64,000 bases of DNA, from the NCBI RefSeq assembly GCF_006345805.1, contig NC_042998.1, positions 36,456,001 through 36,520,000 on the forward strand. Reading direction: 5' to 3'. The number at the start of each line of letters is the position of its first letter. Position 1 is the stretch's first letter. The notes under the pieces were generated by a model, which saw only the letters and a program-made list of their open reading frames with translations, was not told the origin of the DNA and made no database searches. Both the position numbers and the translations under genes were made by a program. The DNA is from Octopus sinensis (Eukaryota). Positions 1-12,960 of the stretch are shown one piece after another.

Positions 1-619
1 GTAACCTTTTTTAATATGTCCGACGGCAATTTGGATATCATTTCTAGCTTTTCTATCGATCACATACAGAAAGCTATCACTTATTTACACATGTGACTAA
101 GTGCTTCTGAAACATTTTAAGAAGTATCGTTGTTTTAAATCTGCTACAAGATTTTAGACCGTGAAAATAATTGGACCAGAATGAGAGCAAAATATTTTGG
201 TAAGTAGAAAATGTTAGACAAAAGATATGAAAAGCGGTCGTTGCCATTAAAACCAAGGAGAAAACATGGTATGATAATGTATGCAATTCCGAATGATTTA
301 TTTCTGGTGAATAATTTCCGTTGTACGCCTGGAAGTTACAAAGAACTGAATTATTTCAAAGCAGGAGACAGGAAGTAGATGTCACAGTGAATTCAAAAGA
401 AATAAAAAAAATCTTACAGCAATTTGATTGTGAATTTGAAGCACATTATAATACGAAAGGTAGAGCAACATTTCATGAGAATAGATGAAAATTACAATTT
501 TAAATATTTTAGTATTCTTTCTGGATTTAAAAAATATTTGATTGACCAAAAGTACAGTTATATTGATATATATTTCTTAATCTTTCTCAAATAAAATGGT
601 AATAATTATTGATAATTTT

Positions 620-775
620 AAGTTCGATTCCTGCAGTGGGTAACTTAGTTTTTCAACGCTTTGGGATCGACAATATTATTTACTTACCAGTCAAGTACTG
701 AGGTTGATGGTGTGGACTTCTCTCTTCACCTCATAACTGCTGGCTTTGTACCTGGGTCGGAAGCAATCATCTACC
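620..775 (+). mobile_element. Degenerate tRNA-derived SINE (family A) fragment
   Basis: B-box-like AGTTCGATTCC followed by decayed versions of the family A core (GGGATCGA...TACCAGTCAAGTACTGAGGTTGAT) seen in better copies at 807-1393. Confidence 0.5.
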
Positions 776-806
776 ATGACCATCATCATTATTATTCATA
801 GTAGTA

Positions 807-1393
807 AGGTGGTGAGCTGGCAGAACCGTTAGCACACCGGGCGAAATACTTAGCGTTAGTTCGTCTGCCTTTAAGTTCTGAGTTCAAATTCCGCCGAGGT
901 CGACTTTGCCTTACATCCTTTCGGGATCGATTAAATAAGTACTAGTTACGCACTGGGGTCGATATAATCGACTTATTCCGTCTGTCTGTCCTTGTTTGTC
1001 CTCTCTGTGTTTAGCCCCTTGTGGGTAGTAAAGAAATAGGTATTTCGTCTGCCGTTACGTTCTGAGTTCAAATTCTGCCGAGGTCGACTTTGCCTTTCAT
1101 CCTTTCGGGGTTGATAAATTAAGTACCAGTCACGCACTGGGGTCGATGTAATCGACTTAATCTGTTTGTCTGTCCTTGTTTGTCCTCTGTGTGTTTACCC
1201 CCTTGTGGGTAGTAAAAAAATAGAAATAGGTAGTTCGTCTGCCGCTATGTTCTGAGTTCAAATTCCGCCGAGGTCCACTTTGGCTTTCATCCTTTCGAGG
1301 TCGATTAAATACGTACGTGTTGCGTATTGGGGTCGATGTAATCGATTCAATACCCCCCACCAAATTTCAGGCGTGGTACCTATATTAGAAAGG
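807..1393 (+). mobile_element. Trimeric tRNA-derived SINE (family A): head + body/long tail x2 + body/short tail
   Basis: A-box-like GAGCTGGCAGAA, B-box GAGTTCAAATTCC and three copies of core GGTCGACTTTGCCTTTCATCCTTTCGGGG(T)CGAT. A 19-bp direct repeat ATTATTATTCATAGTAGTA at 788-806 and 1394-1412 flanks the whole array as a TSD. Confidence 0.9.
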
Positions 1394-1644
1394 ATTATTA
1401 TTCATAGTAGTAGTAATAGTAGTAGCAACAATAGTATTAGCAGTATTAGAATTACTATTATAGTATTTTAGAAGAAGGAGCTTACCAAAGAAAATTCCTA
1501 GAACACAGAGGAACACATTGATTATGAAATTGGAAAAAAAGCGAAATTTTCTGAACTTTTATTTGGAAAAACAAGATGCAGCATAAGAAACGTTGTGTAG
1601 GTTCTTCAGCCACTACCAACTGCTATGAAAGCGAGGTAATAATG

Positions 1645-1646
1645 TA

Positions 1647-1681
<35 letters not shown>

Positions 1682-2025
1682 CATAATATATATATATATA
1701 CATACATATATATATATATATATCATACATATATATATATATACATACATATATATATATATATATACATACTATATATATATATATATACATACATATA
1801 TATATATATACATACATATATATATATACATACATATATATATATATACATACATATATATATATATACATACATATATATATATATACATACATATATA
1901 TATATATAATACATACATATATATATATACATACATATATATATATATACTACATATATATATATATACATACATATATATATATATACATACATATATA
2001 TATATATACATACATATATATATAT

Positions 2026-2074
<49 letters not shown>

Positions 2075-2159
2075 CATATTATATATATACATACATATAT
2101 ATATATACATACATACATATATATATATACATACATATATATATATAATATACATACAT

Positions 2160-2191
<32 letters not shown>

Positions 2192-2245
2192 CATATATAT
2201 ATATATACATACATACATATATATGTATGTATGTATGTATGAATG
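1645..2245. repeat. Compound (TA)n/(TACA)n minisatellite
   Basis: Repeating units like CATACATATATATATATATA; source of the YI-repeat pseudo-ORFs. Confidence 0.95.
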
Positions 2246-2259
2246 AACATGTACGTGTG

Positions 2260-2480
2260 TGTGTGTCTTTGAGTTTGCGTCTGTCCTCCACCACCGCTCA
2301 ACAGCCGGTGTTGGTGTGTTTACGTCCCCGTAACTTGCTGGTTCGGCAGAAGGAATCTATCGAATGAATACCAAGCTTAAACATATATCCTGGTGTTGAT
2401 TATTTCAAGAAGGTAATTTTCTTCAGAGAGTAGGTGCCCCAGCATGGTCGGTCTCTAATGCCTAAAAGAAGGTTAAAGAC
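2260..2480 (+). mobile_element. SINE family B, 3' half (post-microsatellite part)
   Basis: TTGGTGTGTTTACGTCCCCGTAACTT...GGTTCGGCA...CCCCAGCATGG motifs shared with the copies at 5980-6303, 35131-35340, 39777-40180 and 48403-48810. Confidence 0.7.
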
Positions 2481-3293
2481 AAAAAAAAATGAAAGTTTAA
2501 AGATGAAACACAAATTTCGATGCCGACAGTAGAAATCTGACAAAGTATGTTTCGATTAGATTTTTGGAATTTTTTTTGCACGTAATTCTTGCCTTTTTCG
2601 AAACAGTTATTAACAAAACATATGTTCGGATATGAATCCCGTTACGCTTCAGTGAGTCTTTCTAACAATTGTATTAAGTAATTCCTTTGGCTCTTTCGAG
2701 CTGCCGTTGTTTGTAAATCAAAATTTCTCACAGAAACCAGGTATACACTATTGTAACATGCACAACGGTAAATATCTTGTAAATCCTCATCATACACCCC
2801 TCCGCCTCTTGTTTTTTGGTATTTATTCATGTATTCTTTGTTTCGGTTTGTATTCTTCATTTTTCCTATTCTTATTCGAGTGTTACAACTCTGGCAGCTC
2901 CAGAGTCTGTTGTTTTTAAAATTGATGTTATTTTCCCTCCAACCACCGGATGGGGGAACACATTGTTGAGTTTGATATTGCTTTCGCAATTTTACATTAT
3001 TGTATGGATGTTGTTATTTCATAACGTTTACCTCTTGTAAAATCTGCTGCAGTTCCAGCCTCTGTTATTCCCTGCTTTTTTGTTTCATCTTCTTATGTTT
3101 CCACTTACGGTTTATCGTTGTCGTTTTGCTACCGCCACCCTTGCTGTTACGAATATCATTGAACAATAGTTACATCACCACAAGAAACCATTCATAATTA
3201 TGCAAACGTAAAATAAAATAAACTCCATGGCACTCCATTTTGGCAACGCAAAACACTGTTTGTTATGTAGGAACACACACACACAACCCCGCC

Positions 3294-3377
<84 letters not shown>

Positions 3378-3869
3378 AAGATAAATGTATATACAGGCAT
3401 ACATACATGCAAACGCTTGTATACATTCACACACACATCTTATATATACGAAAAACATGTTTAAAATTATATAGAAATCATAGCTACACACACACACACA
3501 CACACACGTGTATATGTGCCTAAATACACGATGAAAGCATATTACCAACGATGTGAGATAGCCTGAGTTTTCACTGAATTTGCATTCGTGTGCTTACAGA
3601 TGATCACAATAGAAGGAACATGTGAAAAGTAAAGTCATGATCATCACATCATGTGAGGAGATCATGTGAGGAGATTGTGCATCAAGTGTGAGGAGATTGT
3701 GCATGTTTCAGGGACACAGAGGAGGGTGTCGAGGATTTGAAGGAAGATCTAGAATTCCACGTACAGGGGAGATAACCAATAGTTCACCTTGCAATGTATT
3801 GACTTATTGTTTCAAAACGTAAACGTTCATGCAGTTGACCTATACATCACGTGAGCTGCCTCACTATGC

Positions 3870-5684
3870 TATAAGATAGGACCACTATTTGGTGAAAACG
3901 GTTCACTAACTGCAGATCCGGGGAAGATAAGTGAAGCACTAAATAAATAATTCCGAAGTATTTTCATTTCTCCACTGGAAAATAAGGAAAAATAAACAAG
4001 CCGAAGGAGTTTTTCAACGTAACAAATCGGAAAAGAGGCAACCATCGATTACATCGACATAACAGGAGTGGTTGTAATATCGGCCATTGATGAGATGAGA
4101 TTAAACTCAGCAATGGGCCCAGGTAGTCTTCCGGCTGTTCTCTTAAAGACATGTAAAAAGGCTCTTGCAAAGCCACTGCCCATAGTCTTTCAGAGTTTCC
4201 TTGATTGTGGTAAACTTCCCAACATGCTTAAAGAGGGTATAATATGGCCTGTCCATAATGGAAGGAGCAGAGCAGATGCTAAAAACTACAGGCCCATCTC
4301 TTTGACCTCATATGTTAGCAAGACAATGGAACGCATTGTCAGAAAAATGCTGATGATGTTACTACGATAAAACAACCTCCTCAGAAACACACAACATGGG
4401 TTCCGTCCAAGGAGGAGCTGGCTCAGACAGCTGCTGCAGCACTTTGACTGAGTGCTGAAACAACAGCTAAACCAGTCAGCTGCCGATGTGATATATCTCG
4501 ACTTTGTCAAAGCCTTCGACAAGGTTGATCATGGTATGATACGTCACAAGCTGCGAAACCTTGGTATTACTGGGAAACTGGGAGAGTGGCTGCATGATTT
4601 TCTGAAGGGCGGGAGTTATACAGTTGCAGTCTATGGTGAACACTCTGAAGAGACGCCAATTCTCAGCGTAGTCCCGTAGGGCACTGTACTGGGACCACTA
4701 CCATTTGAAATAGCCCTCTCAGGCATGCCATCTGCGGTACAGTCAGCCAATCTGATCAGTTATGCTGACGGCACAAACGTATTGTGGGCAGTTAGGAACC
4801 AGAGGACATCATAAAACTGCAGAAAGATCTGAATGAACTCTACAAATGGGCTAACAAAAATATGCAGTTCAATGCTATGAAATTTTAGGCACTCCACTAT
4901 CGGTCCAACACCAGGCTTAAATCGGAATACACTGGACCAGAATGTAATACAATCCCCGATCCAGAGTCAGTGCGTGATCTGGGGGTTCACAGGAGCAATG
5001 ATGCAACATTCCATGTGCATATTACCAAGATGGCAACACTGTGCAGGCGAGCGGCCGGCTCGATTCTGAAGACATTCAGAATCAGGAAAAGGGAGGCCCT
5101 GCTACCCCTATGGAAAGCTTTCGTTATCAGCCGCTTGGACTCCTGCTCCCAAAGATGGTCTCCAGAGAGTGTAAAACAAACGGTGGAACTCGAGGCAATC
5201 CAACGCCAATACATAAAGAAGAATGAATCGGTGCAAAAGGTGGGCTACTGGGAGGGGGCTAAAGGAGCTGAGTCTCTATTCCCCGGAGAGAAGACGCGAG
5301 AGATATGCGCTGATGTATATATTTGGTAGATCTTGGAGGGTTTAGCCCCAAATTTTGGAATTGACAGCTAAACCAATCCTCGAACTGGACGGCACTGCAT
5401 CATACCAAAGATCCCGTTTTTCTCAATTTAGAATAAGGACACAATACTGCAATAGTCTGGGTTTCAATGGCCAGCAATTGTGTAACATCATGCCAGGCAA
5501 CCTTAGAGATCTATATGATGTTGATGTGGAAGTTTTCAAGGAATGTCTGGACAGGTTTCTATCTGAGATACCAAACGGACCCACATTGCGGCAGGAGACG
5601 CAAAGAAGAGCAGCTCCGTCCAACTCGCTACTTCACCCAAAACAATACCCGAAACAACACCGAGTAACTACAGGTGGTGCACTA

Positions 5685-5685
<1 letters not shown>
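3870..5685 (+). pseudogene. Degenerate CR1/L2-group non-LTR retrotransposon, RT and 3' part of ORF2
   Basis: Stitched ORFs give NYRPISLTSYVSKTMER, QHGFRPRRS, VIYLDFVKAFDKVDHG, VP*GTVLGP, SYADG(T), VRDLGV, LEAIQR and a C-terminal RAAPSNSLLH. Many stops and frameshifts; ends at a (TA)n tract. Confidence 0.9.
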
Positions 5686-5739
<54 letters not shown>

Positions 5740-5979
5740 TGGAAACGCATATATACAAACATATAAACAGAAATTCTGAATATGCGAACAGTTATTAGAT
5801 ATTCCAAAAGTTGGAACATCGCGTAAATCTGACGTGCAGGTCACTATACATAAATAAAATAGATTGAAAGCATTAAAAATGCATTCAGAAATCTGGTAAA
5901 ACCTCCGTTAAGTATGGTTCTGCCACACTTGAATCGGAATGTAGGGTTCGACGCGAGTGTTCTTATATTATTTTATTTG

Positions 5980-6155
5980 TTTCAGTCATTCGACTGCGGC
6001 CACGCTGGAACACCGCCTTTAATCGAGCAAATCGACCCCAGGACTTATTCTTTGTGCGACTAGTACTTATTCTATCGTATTTTTTGCCGAACAGCTAAGT
6101 TACGGGGACCTAAACGCACCAGCGTCGTTTGTCAAGCGATGTTGGAGGACAAACA

Positions 6156-6194
<39 letters not shown>

Positions 6195-6303
6195 TACGAC
6201 GGGCTTCTTTCAGTTTCCGTCTACTGAACCAACTCACAAGGCTTTGGTCGGCCACGCAGTGGGACTGAACTCAGAACTATGTGGTTCGTAAGCAACCTAC
6301 TTT
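5980..6303 (-). mobile_element. SINE family B with internal (CA)n, 5'-clipped
   Basis: Minus strand shows the tRNA-like head GTTCTGAGTTCAGTCCCACTGCGTG, then GACGGAAACTGAAAGAAGCCCGTCG, a microsatellite and the family B tail. Confidence 0.85.
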
Positions 6304-6417
6304 ATTTCAAAAATTTTGCCATAAAGGCATGATACAGAGTAGCTTGCGGGCTGGAGAAAGATATTGATGAAATAAATTGATATTTAAACGCCCGCCGATT
6401 TTTTGCTTCTCTAAGAC

Positions 6418-6704
6418 ATTATTTTTTATACAAAAAACAAATCGAGGTATTGAAATTCTTACTTCCATTTTACAATTATTGGACTTAATATTCCATATAC
6501 AAATTGAAGCATTATTATTTTTTACACAAAAAACAAACCGAGGTACTGAACCTCTTACTTCCGTTTTTATAATTATTGGATTCATAGTCAATTTACAAAT
6601 TAAAATATTATTATTTTTTGCACAAAAATCAGAACGAGGTATTGAACATCTTACCTCCGTGTTTTAGAATTTTGGGACTTAATAGTCCATTTACAAATTG
6701 AGAC
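6418..6704. repeat. Three tandem ~95-bp AT-rich repeats
   Basis: Unit ATTATTTTTT..ACAAAAAACAAA(C/T)CGAGGTA(T/C)TGAA..TCTTACTTCC...ACAAATT recurs at about 6418, 6512 and 6610. Confidence 0.85.
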
Positions 6705-6721
6705 GCTGAGCCTCTTATACG

Positions 6722-7998
6722 CTTAAACATTATAACACTGAGGCATTTCAACCTCTTGTAATTTTTCTTCCCCAATATCGCTTGTGCCCGTATACTCCGC
6801 TATCACCCTCGCCTCGTTTAAAACCAAGGCGAGCTCCGAGTCGACGTCACCCGGCCACAAGCGATATTCATCTTTGAGTCCCTCAGCCTACGCATCACGG
6901 GCGACATTATGGCCTCCACAGCTATCTGCGGGGGCCACTCGGGTTCCCGCGTGAAGGTTAAAGGTATTCCCTTATTGTGTTTTTCCACCACCTTTTCTAC
7001 CTCTCCACATCTATAGAAGAATATCAATAATGTGTCTTCCTCCGGGGTCGAGGTAGTCAAAAATACCGTTAGCGGTACAATTCCCGCCAACAGTGTCTCT
7101 TCCTCCGCCGGTTGCACAACCGACGAGGTTCCGGGACATTCCGATGCAATGTCAACGACTACCGGCAATATGCCTGTTTTTCTTCCTCTTCCTCATTTTT
7201 TCTTCTCAACTGGGGGAGGGTGCGTCTCCTCCGTGACCGGGAGATTCGCCTCCCCTCCCTCATCCCTAGGATCCTTCGGTGAGCACCCGTTATTGCTCAC
7301 CTTTTTGCGGCCCTTCTTTGAGGAGACCTCCGCTTCCTTGGCCGCCTTCGTTTCTTCTACTGAAGTCGCTGCTTTGTCCCTGAGGAGAGGTTTTCTTTAT
7401 ATTGCCAGGCTCCAGGCACCGATGACACCTGGGGGATGGGGGAGGTGACCCTCAAGAATCACTGGGTACCTGCATCTGGCCATCCTCAAAAAATCTGGAA
7501 AAACCAGATTATCGGCTGATTGGGTTCACAGGGTCAAAACTGCTTTCGACGCCACCCAATCAGCCGCTGGCAAAATTTTGACATTTAAGAGCTTGGCTCT
7601 GCTGCCACACAGACCCCGACGGATAACGTCTTCTATCCATTCGGGCTCTATTCCGGGTGGCAGCTCACACACCCAAGCACTTGTCAATTTCCTCCCACCA
7701 TATGGAGAGAGGAACAGAATTTTCTCCCCTTCCAAGGGTTGGCTCGCAAAATCTCGAGCCTTCCCAGGTGTGTGAAACAGTAACTACACCGTTGCATATT
7801 TGACACCCCTTGCAATAAACTTAATAGTTGGCAGATATTCTGCCAACTCCTTTTCAATATCCGCCTGAGAGAACACGGTGATGGTTTCGAGGGACTTAGA
7901 ATATGTCCTCAACACCACCGTTCTCTCATTAATTTTTTCCCCACAGCTTGGGGGTCACAATTTGCCACTCCAATACAGTGTTTTATTTTTGTTGCCAT
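6722..7998 (-). pseudogene. Frameshifted ORF1 (RNA-binding protein with decayed zinc knuckle) of an L1/Tx1-type LINE; no ORF2 follows
   Basis: ATG at 7998. Fragments INERTVVLRTY, WVCELPPGIEPEWIEDVI and YPVILEGH..PRCHRCLEPG parallel ORF1 of the LINE at 58.7-60.2 kb (IKNIPFDVETQWVVSAI; YIVVEGRRPRCYLCGSETH). A UTR-like region extends to about 8500. Confidence 0.65.
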
Positions 7999-10044
7999 GT
8001 TTACAAAAGAAAAAATAAAGAAAAATATTAAACACAAAATCCACAATGTTCCAAATAAAATGTCCAATAAAAACACAAAAATGAACAGAATGACAGATCA
8101 GAGAAAGGACAAAGGAAGACAGATCAATTCACGCAACACAATTCTGACACTCAGGTAATCAACAAGAATACAGATACTCCAGTTCACCGTCTCAGCACAC
8201 AAAAATTCCTCCACAAATTCATAAATTTTCCAAATTTTGGTATCGAGACACGCTCACCAAAACGACAATTCTCACAGCTAAGTGCGTCACTCGCCGTGAC
8301 CGCAGCAGACAAATGTCTAGGATACAGTGAGGATTTTTTATTCGACAAAAAAACAATATCAAAAAAATAATAATTCCCCACCGAATCTCTAAACAGACAG
8401 ATGCCTACCTTGCAGTCGCGCCTCAAACGGTTCTTTAATTCAGGACGATTTCCAAGCACGTCTTGACAGTGTTCACTCTCGTAAGTGACTGGCAAAGTCA
8501 CGCATGCGTAAGCGATGTAAGCTACTTACTACACAGCCACTCCTATGTATAAGTATACGTATATATTTATATATATATATGTGTGTGCGTTTGTGTGTTG
8601 TGTGCGAGCGCAAGTATTCATTTACAAACGCAAGCATATGTTTATGCATTTATGTACAGCATCACCAATATGTAGACAATCTTGTATATATATAGAGTTG
8701 TAAGTTTCTGTGTGACCACGTGATCTGTGATCAGTTTTGTTTTCCATGTGCAACTATGAACATGCAATTTTCTGCTGGGAATATGAGTAATACTATTAGA
8801 AAAGCAAGTCACTTACGTGTAGTTATTGTTATGTAAATGCATGATAACTGTAAAAATCTAGAATGAATTTGATAAACAATACATAACTGGTTTTTTTCGT
8901 GGAGATAATTTTACCGAGGGAAATACCGTTGCATAAGTAACACGCAATTATATATACTAGCATAGCAAAAAAAATTCCACCAGATATTACAGAGAATATT
9001 CAAAAACGTACATACTAAATATCTATAGAATTGTATCCTCAATGATAGATAGACAAATAAATACGACTTTTTGTATGTTTTCACAAGTATGCGTAATTAA
9101 GCATATATATTAAATATACACAGTATTTTATATGCTTGCATCCCGGGTTTTCTATGTAAAACCACATAGACACATAAATGCAAGCACACACACTCGCACA
9201 CAAACGCATACACATACATACATGCATACATAAATATATATGAAATCCGCCTACGTTATCTGCATACACATGATGAATGCCTGTGTATAGGTATATTTTC
9301 AAATATGTTTTTACGTAATCGCAGGTGCGTTGCAGTATATTACCCAGCTTGTTGGAATAAACCCGATAAAAATTTGTTGTAAATAACAAGAATATGTTAA
9401 AGCAGAAGCAATGGAATAACAACATGCAATATTTGTGTTAAAACAGATGTGAAAATAATAGGTAAATAAATATAGGATTGAAAAGTAAAATACCACAATA
9501 AGAAAAATAACAGAAGTGTTTTTATTTGAGAATACGCGAAGGAAATTGCGAGATGCAAAACTAAAAATAAAATAAATGAGCTATATGCGTATATTCGAAC
9601 ATTGAATAAGATAGTTGATAGAAGCAGAGTAGAATCAGATTGTTTTCATTCTTTATATGAGTGGGTAGCAAATAGATAGAAGCTCCGAGCTGAAATTGTA
9701 TATTTTTCAGTAGCGACATGACTTTACGCAATTCACATCCTGCACTTTGTGTATGCTTTTTTAAACAAATGAGAATCGTATCTTCGCAGTCGATGGTCTT
9801 TGTCTCCTTCCAGGCTGTACATTATATTCACAGTAAACTCTTTTACAGTTTAATAACACAAACCGTTTCCATAAGCTTCGGAGTAATGTTTCGCCTAAAA
9901 TGCATGAAAAGGTGTTTTCTTAGTTTTTAAACATGCAGTCCAAAACTATCAATTGTATGGATTTAAAACAACAACAACAATAACAACAAAAGCAACAACA
10001 ACATACAAACAAACAAAAGCAAAAAAAATATTTCGCAGGAGATT

Positions 10045-10200
10045 ACAAGGTTGATCTTAAATGTAGCGAGAGAGAATAATGGATTAATTTAATGGAGGTA
10101 CTTATTTCCTTGACTCGTAAAGGATGGGGGCAAACTGGCTCTCATCGAAATTTGAACTTAAAACGTAAAAGACCGTGAATAAAATAATGGAATGCATTGA
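10045..10200 (-). mobile_element. Highly degenerate SINE family A copy
   Basis: GGTACTTATTT...TGACTCGTAAAGGATG...CAAA...GAAATTTGAACT matches the reverse complement of the family A core and B box. Confidence 0.5.
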
Positions 10201-11479
10201 GACCGATGTATATTCTACCTAAAACATCTTATCAAATTTTACATAATTTGTTGGCAAAGAGCTAAATTTCAGCTCTTTCCTATGTTAGAGAGTTTAATCC
10301 TTTAACAATCTCAAAAAGTCTATCTTTGTTGTGATAGATGATTGTCACATATATTTTGTAAAAATATATTGCTGATACAACATTAGTAGAGCTAATACTT
10401 CTCGCAATTGCTGTTTTAGTATTATGAAATGTGTTCAATTACTTTCGGAACATCGAAAGACACCCTATCAACAGGAAGGAATTATATACAAAAGAATATG
10501 AGGAATAATACAATGGGTGTTTGGTACCAAAAAGCAGAGAGAATCAAACTGCTAACTGGAAATAACAAAGAAATTGGTATGGATTGTGTTTAATAGAAAG
10601 GATTCTATTTTAAAGATGGATTAACCATTTTATCATTTATTTGAAAACAGATATGGCACTCTGCTTTCTTCACGTTACATGCAGAGAATCGACGCGAAGA
10701 AAGCTTATTTTATTTCGATGATTCCCTTGTGAAAACTTTTCAAGAAATTAAAATTTAAAAACCGTCCCTGTTTCATTATATAACCTTATTTTACAACAAA
10801 ATCTAAGGATAGATAGTTCTAATTACGCTCGCATTAGATTTTTATTATTCTTTCTTGAGACACTTAATTCTATTTAATTAAATCGTCATGGTTATTTAAG
10901 ACATGAAACCACATGCCTAATGTGAATCGGTAATCTCAGAAAGAGACGGAACCTGCAATTATACATAATATTTACTGTATAAACATGTCTAATCCTAATG
11001 ATCCCAATACAAATATTGCGACTTCATTAAAAAAGTTCAACCATATAAGCTTTAGAATATGGAAAACTGTTATTCAATGTTTGAATAAATGGCCGATATC
11101 AAATATTGCGCCTGAAATGCGTTTACAGTAAAAGCGTTTATTTCTTCCCCAAAATACATTTCTAAGATAGCAGCAAAAAATAAAAATATCCCAGAACCGC
11201 TATATCTTATGCAAACTTGGTCCAACTAAAATAAATTAGAATAATAATAAAAAAATTGTAGCTTGAGAAAATACACTTTTCATTGGCAAATTTTTAATCT
11301 ACCACATACCAAACGATGCAATTCCCATTTTTTGTATTCTTTTATATATATACTAAGTGTATATTCAGTATAGAACGAAGATCTAAGGTCCTTGAAGGGT
11401 ATAAAGGTAAGGTATTTCCAGAGAATTTGGGGCTAACAACACTGTTAGATATATATCTATATGTATATATGTATATATC

Positions 11480-11745
<266 letters not shown>

Positions 11746-12214
11746 GTGCACAGAAATACGTGAAATGAAAGTGGTTATATAAAACAAGAACCGACCCTGA
11801 GTTTCGCCAGATAAAATCAACTACAATTTTCCTAGTAATATTCTATCCAAGATTGGCAATGTAATACTATTACATTGTCAATCTAAGACAAAATACACTT
11901 TCAACCATTCGTCAAAGAAAACATAGAAGAAATCTTAAAATATCTCATCCTCCATATTCTTTGTTTAAAAAGAAAATTACTAAACTTCAAAATTACTTTT
12001 ATACATACCATTGGTTTTTTGTTCTTTCTACCGATTCGTAACAATTCTAAGAAATAATGATTTCTATATAGTCTTCCGTGTTAGACAATATTTTGAAATA
12101 ATATATCTATTCAATATTTCATCCACTGATTATTAAGAAATAGGAAATACTCTATAATTCGTCGTATAATTTTTCTATATTCACTTAAAGTAAATGTGAA
12201 ATACTCTTTTCTAT

Positions 12215-12634
12215 TCTAGTCACAAAGCTCGAAATTTTTGGAGCGGGGATCAGTCTATTAAATCGACCCCAGTGTTTAACTGGTACTTAATTTATCGACC
12301 CCGAAAGGATGACGAGCAAAGTCGACCTCGGTGGAATTTGAACGCAGGACATAAAGACAGACGAAATGCCGCCAAGCATTTCGCCCGGCGTGCTAACGAT
12401 TCTTATTTCTTTATTGCCCACAGGGGCTAAACATAGAGGGGACAAACAAGGACGGACAAAATGGATTAAATCGATTACATTGACCCCAGTGCATAACTGG
12501 TACTTAATTTATCGACCCCGAAAGGATGAAAGGCAAAGTCAACCTCAACGGAATTTGAACTCAGGACGTAAAGACAGACGAAATACCACTAAGCATTTCG
12601 CTCGGCGTGGTAACGTTTCTGCCTGCTCGTCGTC
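12215..12634 (-). mobile_element. SINE family A dimer: full long-tailed copy joined to a slightly 5'-clipped short-tailed copy
   Basis: Two family A cores. Junction at about 12404 reads AATAAAGAAATA|AGAATCGTTAGC on the minus strand. Confidence 0.85.
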
Positions 12635-12659
12635 TTAGTAAATGAGAAATACTGAAGAA

Positions 12660-12960
12660 CGACTTTGTGACTTGGGCACTCGACTTACATTTTAAATTCG
12701 TGAGTTCGATGTATGGCAGCTCGTTGTGTCCCTGAACAAGACACTTTATTTTTACGTTGCTCCAGTACCCTCGGCTGCCAAGAACGGGTAGTACCTGTAA
12801 TTCAAAGGGGTCCAGCCTCATCACATTCGTTGAGTCACACTGAGGCTCCCTGAGACCTATGTTAATGGTAGGTGTGCCTATGGTGTGATCAGTCACTTCT
12901 AAATTATTATCACGAGCAGGCTGTTGGAATCCTTGTCGACGTAATCGATGGACGCCCGGC
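12660..12960 (+). mobile_element. Degenerate CORE-like SINE
   Basis: GTGAGTTCGAT B-box-like motif followed by TTGTGTCCCTGAACAAGACACTTTA, resembling the CORE-SINE domain (recalled, not searched). Confidence 0.55.

Noticed and set aside
1-500. 69-aa hydrophobic ORF and stop-riddled alternative frames
   Set aside because: No recognisable motif or splice structure; cannot distinguish from random AT-rich sequence.
807-900. tRNA-like sequence with A and B boxes
   Set aside because: It is the head of a SINE: no acceptor stem closure, and it continues into the SINE core. Not called as a tRNA gene.
1623-2301. Long ORFs of YI/YM/CV repeats (also 15.4-16.2, 17.3-17.9, 22.8-23.2, 28.4-30.2, 33.2-35.3, 37.7-38.3 and 62.9-63.4 kb)
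   Set aside because: They are translations of (TA)n, (TACA)n and (TG)n microsatellites, which lack stop codons.
6418-6704. Regularly spaced repeats as a possible CRISPR array (also 30361-30498)
   Set aside because: Whole units are similar end to end, with no unique spacers and no cas genes, in a eukaryotic context; ordinary minisatellites.
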